Part shown: positions 37,600 to 45,587 of the stretch, piece by piece
Numbering within the stretch: position 1 is the stretch's first letter
Layout of the letters: every line of letters begins with the position of its first letter
DNA from: a virus
DNA length: 64,000 nucleotides
IMG/VR virus record: IMGVR_UViG_3300027770_000050
Span: 1-64,000 of that record
Strand: one strand, 5' to 3'
The notes under the pieces: generated by a model
What the model saw: the letters and a program-made list of their open reading frames with translations, nothing else
Databases searched by the model: none
Told to the model about the DNA's origin: nothing
Program-made: the position numbers and the translations under genes

Positions 37600-38967
37600 A
37601 TGTCAAAAAAGTCCCTTGCCAAAACAGTATGTAATTTTTGTGAACGTCCAGCTAGTAAAGAAGTTATCACAGATATTGAAGTATTAAGCGAATTATTGAC
37701 GGGTAAAAGCTTAAATATTTCTTTATGTACTTTTTGTTTTCAAAGTTATCTTGCTGGAAATAAATTTGGACAGATGCAAGTACATCAAAACATTCTTTCT
37801 ATGATTATAAACGCAGATGAAAAAGCTAGTGTTTTGTCTCTCAAAGAAAGGATCGCTGAAGTTGCTCCTGTATCTAAAAGACATCTTTTTGGTTTAAATA
37901 ATTACAGACTGAAGAATACTAGTCCACACGAGCTTTATGAGGCTTTGGAGAAAAAAGTAGTTGGACAAGATTTAGCTAAGAAAAGATTAAGTATTGCTGT
38001 TTACGAACACATAAGAAATATTATCAATGAAGATGTTTCAGAAAAGCAAAATATTTTGTTCCTTGGTCCTTCTGGTAGTGGAAAAACATTAATTGTAAAT
38101 ACAATCTCAAGTCACTTAGAAGTTCCATTTGTTTCTGGAGATGCAACTTCTTTTTCTCCAACTGGTTTTCAAGGTAGTGATGCTGATAGCTGTATTACTG
38201 ATCTTTTAATCAAAGCTAATGGTGAAACATCTTTAGCTGAAAAAGGTGTTGTTTTTATTGATGAAATTGACAAATTGGCTTCATCTCATAATTCTGCAAC
38301 AAGATTAGAAAGTTTTCATTATTCTACTCAATCAACATTGTTAAAGTTAATTGAAGGCAAAAAAGTAAAGATAAATCCAAATGCTCTGGGTGAACAAACA
38401 ACATTCCCTTACGTTGTAGACACTTCTAAAATCTTATTTTGCTTTGGTGGAGCGTTTAATCATTTAGAGAAAATTGTAGCTAAAAAGTTAGGTTTATCTG
38501 AAGGCTCAATTGGTTTTAGAAAAAATAATAAGTTAGAATACGAAAACCAAATAAAAAACTATGAAATTTACAACAATGTCTCACACGATGTTCTTGTTGA
38601 AAGTTTAATTGAATATGGATTAGCTACTGAATTTGTTGGAAGATTGCAGTCTATAGTTCCTCTTGTTCCATTATCTAAAGAACAAATGCTATATTGTTTG
38701 AAAGATTTAGATAATTCTCCAATAAAGAAAACTATTTTATTGTTTGCTGAATCAAATGTAGAAGTTGAATTTGATGAAAAATATTTTGATGCAGTTGTAG
38801 AAAAAGCTATTAAGTCTGGAACTGGAACTAGAGCTCTTAATTCAATTGTTAAATCATCAATTTCACAAGCAGCTTTTAGTTTATTAGGAAAAGTTAACTC
38901 AAGCAGGAAGCATATTGTTTTAACAGAAAAATGCGTTTCTAATCCTAATGAATATTTGACACTTTAA
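37600..38967 (+). CDS. clpX: ClpX-like AAA+ unfoldase
   Basis: N-terminal CNFC...CTFC zinc domain, VVGQDLAK, Walker A GPSGSGKT, Walker B FIDEIDK, GGAF, IGF loop, EFVGRL and sensor GTRAL. Confidence 0.92.
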   Translation: MSKKSLAKTVCNFCERPASKEVITDIEVLSELLTGKSLNISLCTFCFQSYLAGNKFGQMQVHQNILSMIINADEKASVLSLKERIAEVAPVSKRHLFGLNNYRLKNTSPHELYEALEKKVVGQDLAKKRLSIAVYEHIRNIINEDVSEKQNILFLGPSGSGKTLIVNTISSHLEVPFVSGDATSFSPTGFQGSDADSCITDLLIKANGETSLAEKGVVFIDEIDKLASSHNSATRLESFHYSTQSTLLKLIEGKKVKINPNALGEQTTFPYVVDTSKILFCFGGAFNHLEKIVAKKLGLSEGSIGFRKNNKLEYENQIKNYEIYNNVSHDVLVESLIEYGLATEFVGRLQSIVPLVPLSKEQMLYCLKDLDNSPIKKTILLFAESNVEVEFDEKYFDAVVEKAIKSGTGTRALNSIVKSSISQAAFSLLGKVNSSRKHIVLTEKCVSNPNEYLTL

Positions 38968-38995
38968 AGGATTAGAGCATCTTGAGTTTGAATTA
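38966..38995 (+). promoter_or_regulatory. Putative phage promoter AAAGG-N19-GAATTA
   Basis: AGG at 38968-38970, GAAT at 38990-38993, ATG at 39005. Confidence 0.6.
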
Positions 38996-39004
38996 TATAT
39001 TATT

Positions 39005-40066
39005 ATGACTGATCCACTAGAACAAATAATTTTACAAGCTGAAAAAATTGTTAAAGAAAATAATAAAGTTTATCAGTTTACTAAGATATCTCAATCTCAA
39101 ACAGCTTTTGCAATAAGAGCGAGAAATACAGCTGGTGATTTTACTTCATTTTTGACAGTAAGAGGAACTTCCGATGAAGCTAGCTGGGAAAGAGCTTTTT
39201 ATGGTCAAGGTTGGATGGATGTAAATGTTCATCCAACACTATTGACAGGATCAATTACAATAGCATCAGTACCATCAGCAGCCACTACTCCAGGAGATGC
39301 AGCGTTTACTCAAAGATCTTTTTCAGGAACTGCAACATCAGTTTCGGTTAAGCCATTCAAAAATTTCGATCCATTATTTTCTGTTCCAGGAATTGGACTG
39401 AGACGCTTCACTCCTGTTGCACACACCCCAACAACTCCATATGGTGTAAGTAGTTCTGATAATGATATTCAATTATACTTTATGGGATTGAGTAACGATC
39501 AAAAATACGAAATGAGATGGGAAGGTGGTAATTTTATGAGTTGGTGGAATGAAAGAGCAGCAAGAGCCGCTGCCCCTTCAAATTCAACTAGTCATCCACA
39601 TTCTGTTCCTCAATCTCCAGAAGCAGTTGCTGCATTTGCTCAAAAAATTCCTTTTAAGCGAGTTCCAGGATATGACGAATTCTTGAAATTAATGAGAAAA
39701 GTCAAGAGTGGAACTGGAGCTACGGCATTAGATATATTACCTGATGAAGCTCTAATTGATGAATATGAAAGCAGAACAGGCAACACAGTCCAAACTGTTT
39801 TTGCACTAGGTAGAGAGCGAATTATGAAGTTTAGGGATTACGATAGACCTATAATGATAAAATCACTCGAAAATTTACGATCTGCTTTAAAAGTTCAAGA
39901 GGATTATGAAACAGCTCAAAGTGCAGAAGATAGAATTGATGAAGATGCCAAAGGTCGAGCAGATACTTTCAAAAATAAAGTAAATGAAATTACCGGATTG
40001 GCAGGTGGTTTTTTAGGAGCTATTTCTGACGAAAAAAACCGCATAAAGGGAGATTATAGACCATGA
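39005..40066 (+). CDS. Hypothetical protein (candidate internal virion protein)
   Basis: 353 aa; N-terminal segment ending FTKISQ. Confidence 0.7.
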   Translation: MTDPLEQIILQAEKIVKENNKVYQFTKISQSQTAFAIRARNTAGDFTSFLTVRGTSDEASWERAFYGQGWMDVNVHPTLLTGSITIASVPSAATTPGDAAFTQRSFSGTATSVSVKPFKNFDPLFSVPGIGLRRFTPVAHTPTTPYGVSSSDNDIQLYFMGLSNDQKYEMRWEGGNFMSWWNERAARAAAPSNSTSHPHSVPQSPEAVAAFAQKIPFKRVPGYDEFLKLMRKVKSGTGATALDILPDEALIDEYESRTGNTVQTVFALGRERIMKFRDYDRPIMIKSLENLRSALKVQEDYETAQSAEDRIDEDAKGRADTFKNKVNEITGLAGGFLGAISDEKNRIKGDYRP

Positions 40067-40737
40067 AAAAAGAAGCAATATATCCTGGTGGTAGAGCAGC
40101 ATTTGTTCGTCAACTTCTTAATGCAACTTTAAATCCTCAAGCAATGTCTGATTTTTTCACTAAACCTGAAGGGTTTCAAAGAATGTTAGATTTGGGATTT
40201 ACCAACTGGGCAAGCTTAGCTACAGCTTTAGGTGGACATGACTACAAACCTCAAGAAATGGTTGGTATGCAAGAAAATCCTGGATATAGAATACCGGGTT
40301 TAGACCCAGCAGCAGAAACAGACTTAGCTGCTGGAGGTTTTGATTACTTAGGTCCTCACTCTCCTACTGTTCCATCTTCAACACCACGCCCTTCTGGAAT
40401 TGCACCAGAACCTGATCCTGATGTTTATTATGAAAAATTAGGGTCAGGAAATAAAAAGTTTAGATTAGCAAATCAACCTACTCCTGAACAACCAGCCCAA
40501 GCTGAAACATCAAAACCTCCATTACCAGGTTGGACTTTTGAAGATTTAGTTGCTTCTTTGAAAAAAATTGAACGGTCTCAGCAATTATCAGAGGAAGCTA
40601 AGGTTCAAAATTATAAAAGAATACTTGATGAATATAGTAGTAGCATGCGTCCATTGAGAAATTGGTTGTCTCAAAATGGTATTTCTTCACAGCAGTTAAA
40701 AGGCATAGCAAATGAAGCTGAGAAAAGACGTAAATAG
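40063..40737 (+). CDS. Hypothetical Pro-rich protein (candidate internal virion protein)
   Basis: 224 aa, ATGA overlap; MKKEA and internal KFRLAN. Confidence 0.7.
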   Translation: MKKEAIYPGGRAAFVRQLLNATLNPQAMSDFFTKPEGFQRMLDLGFTNWASLATALGGHDYKPQEMVGMQENPGYRIPGLDPAAETDLAAGGFDYLGPHSPTVPSSTPRPSGIAPEPDPDVYYEKLGSGNKKFRLANQPTPEQPAQAETSKPPLPGWTFEDLVASLKKIERSQQLSEEAKVQNYKRILDEYSSSMRPLRNWLSQNGISSQQLKGIANEAEKRRK

Positions 40738-41617
40738 TTTATTAAAAATATCCGATAAACTTGATAAAGAAGGTAAATATACACTTGCTGACAGTGTATT
40801 TAATTTGCTTAAAATTTCTCAGTTTTCTCCAACTCCAACACAGTTGCCAACTACACAAGTTAATTTACCTGAAAGCTTGAGACCATTCTTGAGTCCAGAC
40901 ACATTTCAGGATAGCGTATTAGTTAATAAAAATGTTATGAGGCAAGTAGATGCTCCGTACGCAAGCAAGTTTGGTCCTGATACTCCATTAATTTTCAATA
41001 CATTAACTCCAACTCAATATGCTCAATTAGAAAGCTCAGGAAACTTACAAAAAATACTTGACATACAAAGTGCTCAAGGTGCTGCTGCTCTTAAATATTT
41101 AGCTTCAACAGGAGCTGATGTTCAAGGATTAGGAGCTTTAATTGGACAATGGTCTAAAGCTCCTAATCAAAATAATAAAGTTGTTGTTGAAAATGCTATT
41201 GCAACTTCAGTGTCTCAAGCAGTTGTTGATGGTTTGTCAGCCATAACAACCAACAGAAATAAATTTAATTTCAATGAATGGCAAATGAGATTGAACGAAA
41301 TATCTGGACAAATAAATAGATATCCACCAACTTTAGCTTCAGCAATATCCCAGGGAATCAACACGGGACTTAGAAGACAAATAAATAAGTTGTCAACTCA
41401 AAATCCTGATGTTTTGAGAAGATCTATTTCTCCATCCAACCCTGACTGGATGTCATTTGCTAGTACACATGGTTTGTCAAGCTTTACATCACAGTTTGGT
41501 TCAGGTCCAGTTCCTGCAGCTGTACCGAAACCAGCAACTAAACCAGGAGCACCAACAACTCCAGACACAGAAGCTACTCCTGGGAATAAACCTATTTCTG
41601 GAGAACCAGCAGTATAA
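40712..41617 (+). CDS. Hypothetical protein with N-terminal helical motif (candidate internal virion protein)
   Basis: LLKISDKLDKEGKYTLADSVFNLLKISQ; Q/N/P-rich. Confidence 0.7.
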   Translation: MKLRKDVNSLLKISDKLDKEGKYTLADSVFNLLKISQFSPTPTQLPTTQVNLPESLRPFLSPDTFQDSVLVNKNVMRQVDAPYASKFGPDTPLIFNTLTPTQYAQLESSGNLQKILDIQSAQGAAALKYLASTGADVQGLGALIGQWSKAPNQNNKVVVENAIATSVSQAVVDGLSAITTNRNKFNFNEWQMRLNEISGQINRYPPTLASAISQGINTGLRRQINKLSTQNPDVLRRSISPSNPDWMSFASTHGLSSFTSQFGSGPVPAAVPKPATKPGAPTTPDTEATPGNKPISGEPAV

Positions 41618-41641
41618 TCTTATTGACTGTATAAAATATGC

Positions 41642-42409
41642 ATGTCAGATTTATGCCCTTTATATTTACAAGAAAAAAGCTGTCTCTTAAAATTAGTTTC
41701 AAATTCTACAATTACTTCAGTTTTATCTAAAATAGACCTTGAAGTGATTAACAATACTTGGAACCTTGATTGTGAAGGCAGCTTGTCTAATTGTAGTTTT
41801 AAAAGTCCAAGTGAGCAAGTTTTTCAAAATGTAGAACCTGAGAAACCTGTTGTAGAAGAGGAAAAACCAGAAACAAAAATTCCTCAAGAAACTACTAAAG
41901 TAAGTATTCATATTGTTAAGAATCCATATCTAGTAAAATCTGATGTTCTTTTTTATCCTACCAATATAGCTTTAACAATTGACGATCCATTGTTGATGAG
42001 ATTATCATTTGGAAAAATTCAAGAAGAATGTGATACTTTCAAGAAGCCATACAAAATGGGCACTTTGTATATCACTTCTAATGGTGGAGAAAATTCTAAA
42101 GTACAAGCCAAACATGTTTATCATTTAACAGTCTCAGGTGTAAGTAGATTAGTTAATGAGGGAGATGTAAAGTCTGCTTTGAGAAAAGCTTTAGATATGG
42201 CAGACACAAATAACGCTAGAAATGTTGTCATGCTCCCTGCAGATTGCGGAACTCATGACATAAATGACATTGCTAGAGTACAGCTATCTTCTATCAAAAC
42301 TTATTTATCAACACATAAAAATTGCAAAATAAAAAACGTTTTTATTGTAATGGAAGACAAGGAAAGCTATCAAGTGTTCGAAGAATATTATAATAGAATT
42401 TTTGATTGA
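41642..42409 (+). CDS. Macrodomain-like protein with Cys-rich N-terminus
   Basis: DVLFYPTN, G.IQEEC, GTLYITSNGG, AKHVYHL, VVMLPADCG and IKNVFIV follow the macro (Appr-1''-p) fold order. Confidence 0.7.
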   Translation: MSDLCPLYLQEKSCLLKLVSNSTITSVLSKIDLEVINNTWNLDCEGSLSNCSFKSPSEQVFQNVEPEKPVVEEEKPETKIPQETTKVSIHIVKNPYLVKSDVLFYPTNIALTIDDPLLMRLSFGKIQEECDTFKKPYKMGTLYITSNGGENSKVQAKHVYHLTVSGVSRLVNEGDVKSALRKALDMADTNNARNVVMLPADCGTHDINDIARVQLSSIKTYLSTHKNCKIKNVFIVMEDKESYQVFEEYYNRIFD

Positions 42410-42423
42410 GGTAGTTTGCACTT

Positions 42424-42768
42424 ATGGAAAATAATGAAGAATACGCAAGTCCATCGAAACTACTGATGGGCATTTTAGATACTTTTATAGCTCCTACTTG
42501 TATAGTAGATGATTGTGATAACTGTATTATGAATGAATTGGCTAAAGAATTATACGATAAAGGTTTTGATGTTCCCGGATATTCTTTACGTACTAAAAAT
42601 GGTTCAACATCAACATTTTTTCATAAAGGTAAAAAGTATTTTATCAATAAAAAAGATATGAACCACGGTACAAAAAGTTTTTTATGCACTATTGAACTTG
42701 AAGATGAAACTATTTTAAAATTGAAAAAATCTTCTGATAAGTTGAAAGAAGTTCTTAGTGTCCTCTAG
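42424..42768 (+). CDS. Hypothetical protein (weak PAS-like start)
   Basis: ILDTFIAPTCIVD...MNELAKEL; SD GAGG. Confidence 0.55.
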   Translation: MENNEEYASPSKLLMGILDTFIAPTCIVDDCDNCIMNELAKELYDKGFDVPGYSLRTKNGSTSTFFHKGKKYFINKKDMNHGTKSFLCTIELEDETILKLKKSSDKLKEVLSVL

Positions 42769-42777
42769 GGTAGCCTC

Positions 42778-43236
42778 ATGCAAGAAGAAAATAACATTGG
42801 GATAGAGCAACTTAAAAGCGTCTACAAAGCACATACTGAAGCGTACCTTGATTTCAATATGGCTTTGATCAATATTATATCTAATCAAAAAGAATTAATA
42901 AGTAAAGTTGAAACTCTCAAGTCTATTTCAGATGAAGAGTTTAGAAATCTTGCTAAAGAATATGCTGTTTTAGAAAAATTATTTGAAAACTTCCAATCAA
43001 CTCAATTAAAAAGAGACAATGAATTAGAAGAAGTACAAGTTGAATATACTGCTCAAATTTCAAACTTTGGAACAGATATTGAAGAAGTAAAATCTGAGTT
43101 AAAGCAGATGAAAAAAATCTATTGGGATATTAAAAACAATATCAACAAAGCATGGTGGACTATTGGTGGAGTTATAGCTTTCTTAACTGCTATCCAATTA
43201 ATTACTGGTAAAGGTATTGTAGATTTTCTAAAATAA
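42778..43236 (+). CDS. Coiled-coil protein with C-terminal TM anchor
   Basis: Heptad-rich E/K/Q body; terminal hydrophobic segment AWWTIGGVIAFLTAIQLITG. Confidence 0.7.
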   Translation: MQEENNIGIEQLKSVYKAHTEAYLDFNMALINIISNQKELISKVETLKSISDEEFRNLAKEYAVLEKLFENFQSTQLKRDNELEEVQVEYTAQISNFGTDIEEVKSELKQMKKIYWDIKNNINKAWWTIGGVIAFLTAIQLITGKGIVDFLK

Positions 43237-43466
43237 TGCCAACTGTAACCTGTGCTTGTGAAATATGCGGAAAGTTATATTACTCTAAAGATGAGTTGTA
43301 TCTTCCAGCAATGAAAAATGGATATAGATTTTCACGCAAAGATAAGACACTAAAAACTTGGGAAGATTGGATAATACACGTATCAAGTCACTGCGAAGAA
43401 TGCAGGTTAAAAGAAGTACCTGAAAGTTGCGAACTTGATAAACTTAAATACAGAAAATTAATCTGA
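43236..43466 (+). CDS. Small zinc-finger protein
   Basis: CEICG...HCEEC; TAATG coupling. Confidence 0.65.
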   Translation: MPTVTCACEICGKLYYSKDELYLPAMKNGYRFSRKDKTLKTWEDWIIHVSSHCEECRLKEVPESCELDKLKYRKLI

Positions 43467-43766
43467 AACTAATTCTGTAAATACTGAAGGAAGCTTAGAT
43501 AGCGTAGCTTCAGAACTATTTGGATCTTCAAGTAACTCATGAAGCATCCCACCAACAATTTTTTCCAATTCAGCAACTACTTCTGGATCATTGAAAATTT
43601 CGTTTGCTGTCATACTGGAATTTTCTCCAGGAGCTTCTTTTTGCTGTTCGGGATTTTGTTGAATTTCAGGTGTTTGCTCAATAGCATCAACAAGGTTATT
43701 AGCTTCATCTTCAAACCCATTTTCAGCTAAATTTTTTACTATTTGTGCTAGCTTGTATATATTCAT
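43458..43766 (-). CDS. Acidic hypothetical protein with K-x-A-Q tag and helical motif
   Basis: MNIYKLAQIVKNLAENGFEDEANNL. Confidence 0.65.
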   Translation of the reverse strand: MNIYKLAQIVKNLAENGFEDEANNLVDAIEQTPEIQQNPEQQKEAPGENSSMTANEIFNDPEVVAELEKIVGGMLHELLEDPNSSEATLSKLPSVFTELVSD

Positions 43767-44056
43767 TAGTCATCACTCTTGAAAAGTTCAGCAAATAGTA
43801 TATCAACTTTGGAAGCAATCTTAGTATTGTTTTCAGAGCTAAAAAGCTTAGGAGGTAAACATCTTTCACAAACCATTTTGCCAACTCTGTCTTCTTGATT
43901 GAAAGGAGAGTATTGTAAAAATTCCTTTCTGTAAAGAGTAAGTTGACCAAATGGAGTCATGGTTCCACAAGTATCACACTGCCTTCCCATAATTCTAGGT
44001 TGATTGGCAGGTGTTGAATTTTTCTGATATTGTTTAATTTGTTCAGTTGGAATCAT
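43766..44056 (-). CDS. Small zinc-finger hypothetical protein
   Basis: CDTCG...CERC; TAATG coupling to the next gene. Confidence 0.65.
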   Translation of the reverse strand: MIPTEQIKQYQKNSTPANQPRIMGRQCDTCGTMTPFGQLTLYRKEFLQYSPFNQEDRVGKMVCERCLPPKLFSSENNTKIASKVDILFAELFKSDD

Positions 44057-44134
44057 AATAGTTATCCGATAAAAACACTATAATCTTATTATAATAAAAA
44101 TTTCAGGTGATTTCCTGCTTGAAATGAAAAGGAG

Positions 44135-44755
44135 ATGACAATGATTGAGGTAATCAGTCAAGTGGCAATCTCTACTATTCTTTTACTTATTAGTGCAAGA
44201 GTAGTAAAGCTACCACCGAAACCATACCATCAAGATGCGAAATTTTCCGTATCAACATCAAAGGATAAACTTGATAAAAAAGAAAAAATTTCTAAATTTA
44301 TCAAACTTGTTCAACCCAGATATTCGCAATCATACATAAAGAAAATTACAGATGCTATCATGAAGTATGCTGCAGTTTTTAAAGTAGACCCATATGTAAT
44401 AGCTTCTACTGCATATGTTGAAAGTGAATTCAAGATGACTAGTAGACCCTGTATTGGTATGATGCAGCTAGTCAGACCATCAATTAGGTATTATGACCCC
44501 AAAAGAGTCTACAATCCTTACACTATTGATGGGAATATAGCAATCGGCACAAAAGAGCTTTCTAGACACTTAAAAAGGTATTCTAGAGGTAAATTGCCCA
44601 ACAGAACAGCCTATAGAAATATGTACAGATCTTATAATGGATCTTATATGAAAAATAGGTATTCTGTAAAAACTTTGCTAGTTCAAACGAGATTAGAACA
44701 TCTTTCAGTAGATGTTATAAAATCTAAACTCAAAAAAGGGCCAATTTGGAAATAA
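44135..44755 (+). CDS. Lytic transglycosylase (SLT domain) with N-terminal signal/TM anchor
   Basis: VDPY...AYVESEF (catalytic Glu), GMMQL, NI.IG and YNG; SD AAGGAG; very basic. Confidence 0.85.
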   Translation: MTMIEVISQVAISTILLLISARVVKLPPKPYHQDAKFSVSTSKDKLDKKEKISKFIKLVQPRYSQSYIKKITDAIMKYAAVFKVDPYVIASTAYVESEFKMTSRPCIGMMQLVRPSIRYYDPKRVYNPYTIDGNIAIGTKELSRHLKRYSRGKLPNRTAYRNMYRSYNGSYMKNRYSVKTLLVQTRLEHLSVDVIKSKLKKGPIWK

Positions 44756-44790
44756 AAAAAGAGGGGAGATTTCTCTCCCCTCTTTTTTTT
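44754..44790. terminator. Bidirectional intrinsic terminator between convergent genes
   Basis: A7-GAGGGGAGA-tttc-TCTCCCCTC-T8. Confidence 0.92.
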
Positions 44791-44811
44791 GTCTGTTTAT
44801 AACTAAAAGGA

Positions 44812-45321
44812 TTAGATACCACCAGCGGTATTTGTGAATCTGTTGAAAGAAGATGGGTACTTTCTTGCAGATACCGACTTAAGACTATCAGTTGCAGCTT
44901 CAGCACCAAGTAATGTGATGTCTGCATTCATTCTATTGAGTTCAAAAGTAATTTTCTCAAATTTGCTTTGTAAGTTAAAATAGGTATTGCCTGTAAAACT
45001 TGCTGCAATTTTTGTTTCGTTAGAATCACAAGAAGCAATAGCAGTGGTGTAAGCACTGAGAACAGTCGATAAGTTTGAAACCGCAGTTGCAAAATCAGTG
45101 ATTGTTCTTGTTCTGTTTGTGATAACCTCAGTACCGATGTTAGTGTCAGTAGGATATTTTGCCGCACTGTTGTATGCGATAGAAACATCACCTGCACCAT
45201 TTACAATATCAACTAACTCTTGGTAAGTTGTTAAGTTATTGCGGGTGATAGATCCAGTGACGTTTGATCCTAATGTAGATGGTCTATCCGCTTTATATAA
45301 ACTTGAAGGATATGTTGGCAT
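44812..45321 (-). CDS. Hypothetical T/S/A-rich helical protein (possibly an abundant virion protein)
   Basis: SD AAGGAG; own AAAGG-N19-GAAAT promoter and terminator. Confidence 0.7.
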   Translation of the reverse strand: MPTYPSSLYKADRPSTLGSNVTGSITRNNLTTYQELVDIVNGAGDVSIAYNSAAKYPTDTNIGTEVITNRTRTITDFATAVSNLSTVLSAYTTAIASCDSNETKIAASFTGNTYFNLQSKFEKITFELNRMNADITLLGAEAATDSLKSVSARKYPSSFNRFTNTAGGI

Positions 45322-45393
45322 AATATATCTCCTTATATCAATCTTTTCTTCGAAGAAACTAAACTAAAAACATTTTTTTGTTTTCACTCATTC

Positions 45394-45422
45394 ATTTCTG
45401 AATAAGCTTCTTACATACCTTT
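45394..45422 (-). promoter_or_regulatory. Putative phage promoter AAAGG-N19-GAAAT
   Basis: Minus strand AAAGG-tatgtaagaagcttattca-GAAAT. Confidence 0.6.
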
Positions 45423-45478
45423 AATCAAAAAGATAATGATTATTTATTTATTTGAGCAGCGTTGTCCTTTTTTTTGGG

Positions 45479-45506
45479 AAGTTACAAGACCTAAAATTTT
45501 GAATAT
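45479..45506 (+). promoter_or_regulatory. Putative phage promoter AAG-N19-GAATAT of the fibre operon
   Basis: AAG at 45479-45481 and GAATAT at 45501-45506. Confidence 0.55.
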
Positions 45507-45587
45507 ATAAGATAGATATTGTTTTAGCTGTAAAATTTATCTAACTACCAATGTACAGCATGCCATCTAAGATCAAAATAATTTCAA

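Noticed and set aside
45322-45587. Structured ncRNA or tRNA in the longest intergenic gap
   Set aside because: No cloverleaf or convincing stems seen; the gap is explained by two divergent A(A/G)G-N19-GAA promoters and AT-rich leaders.
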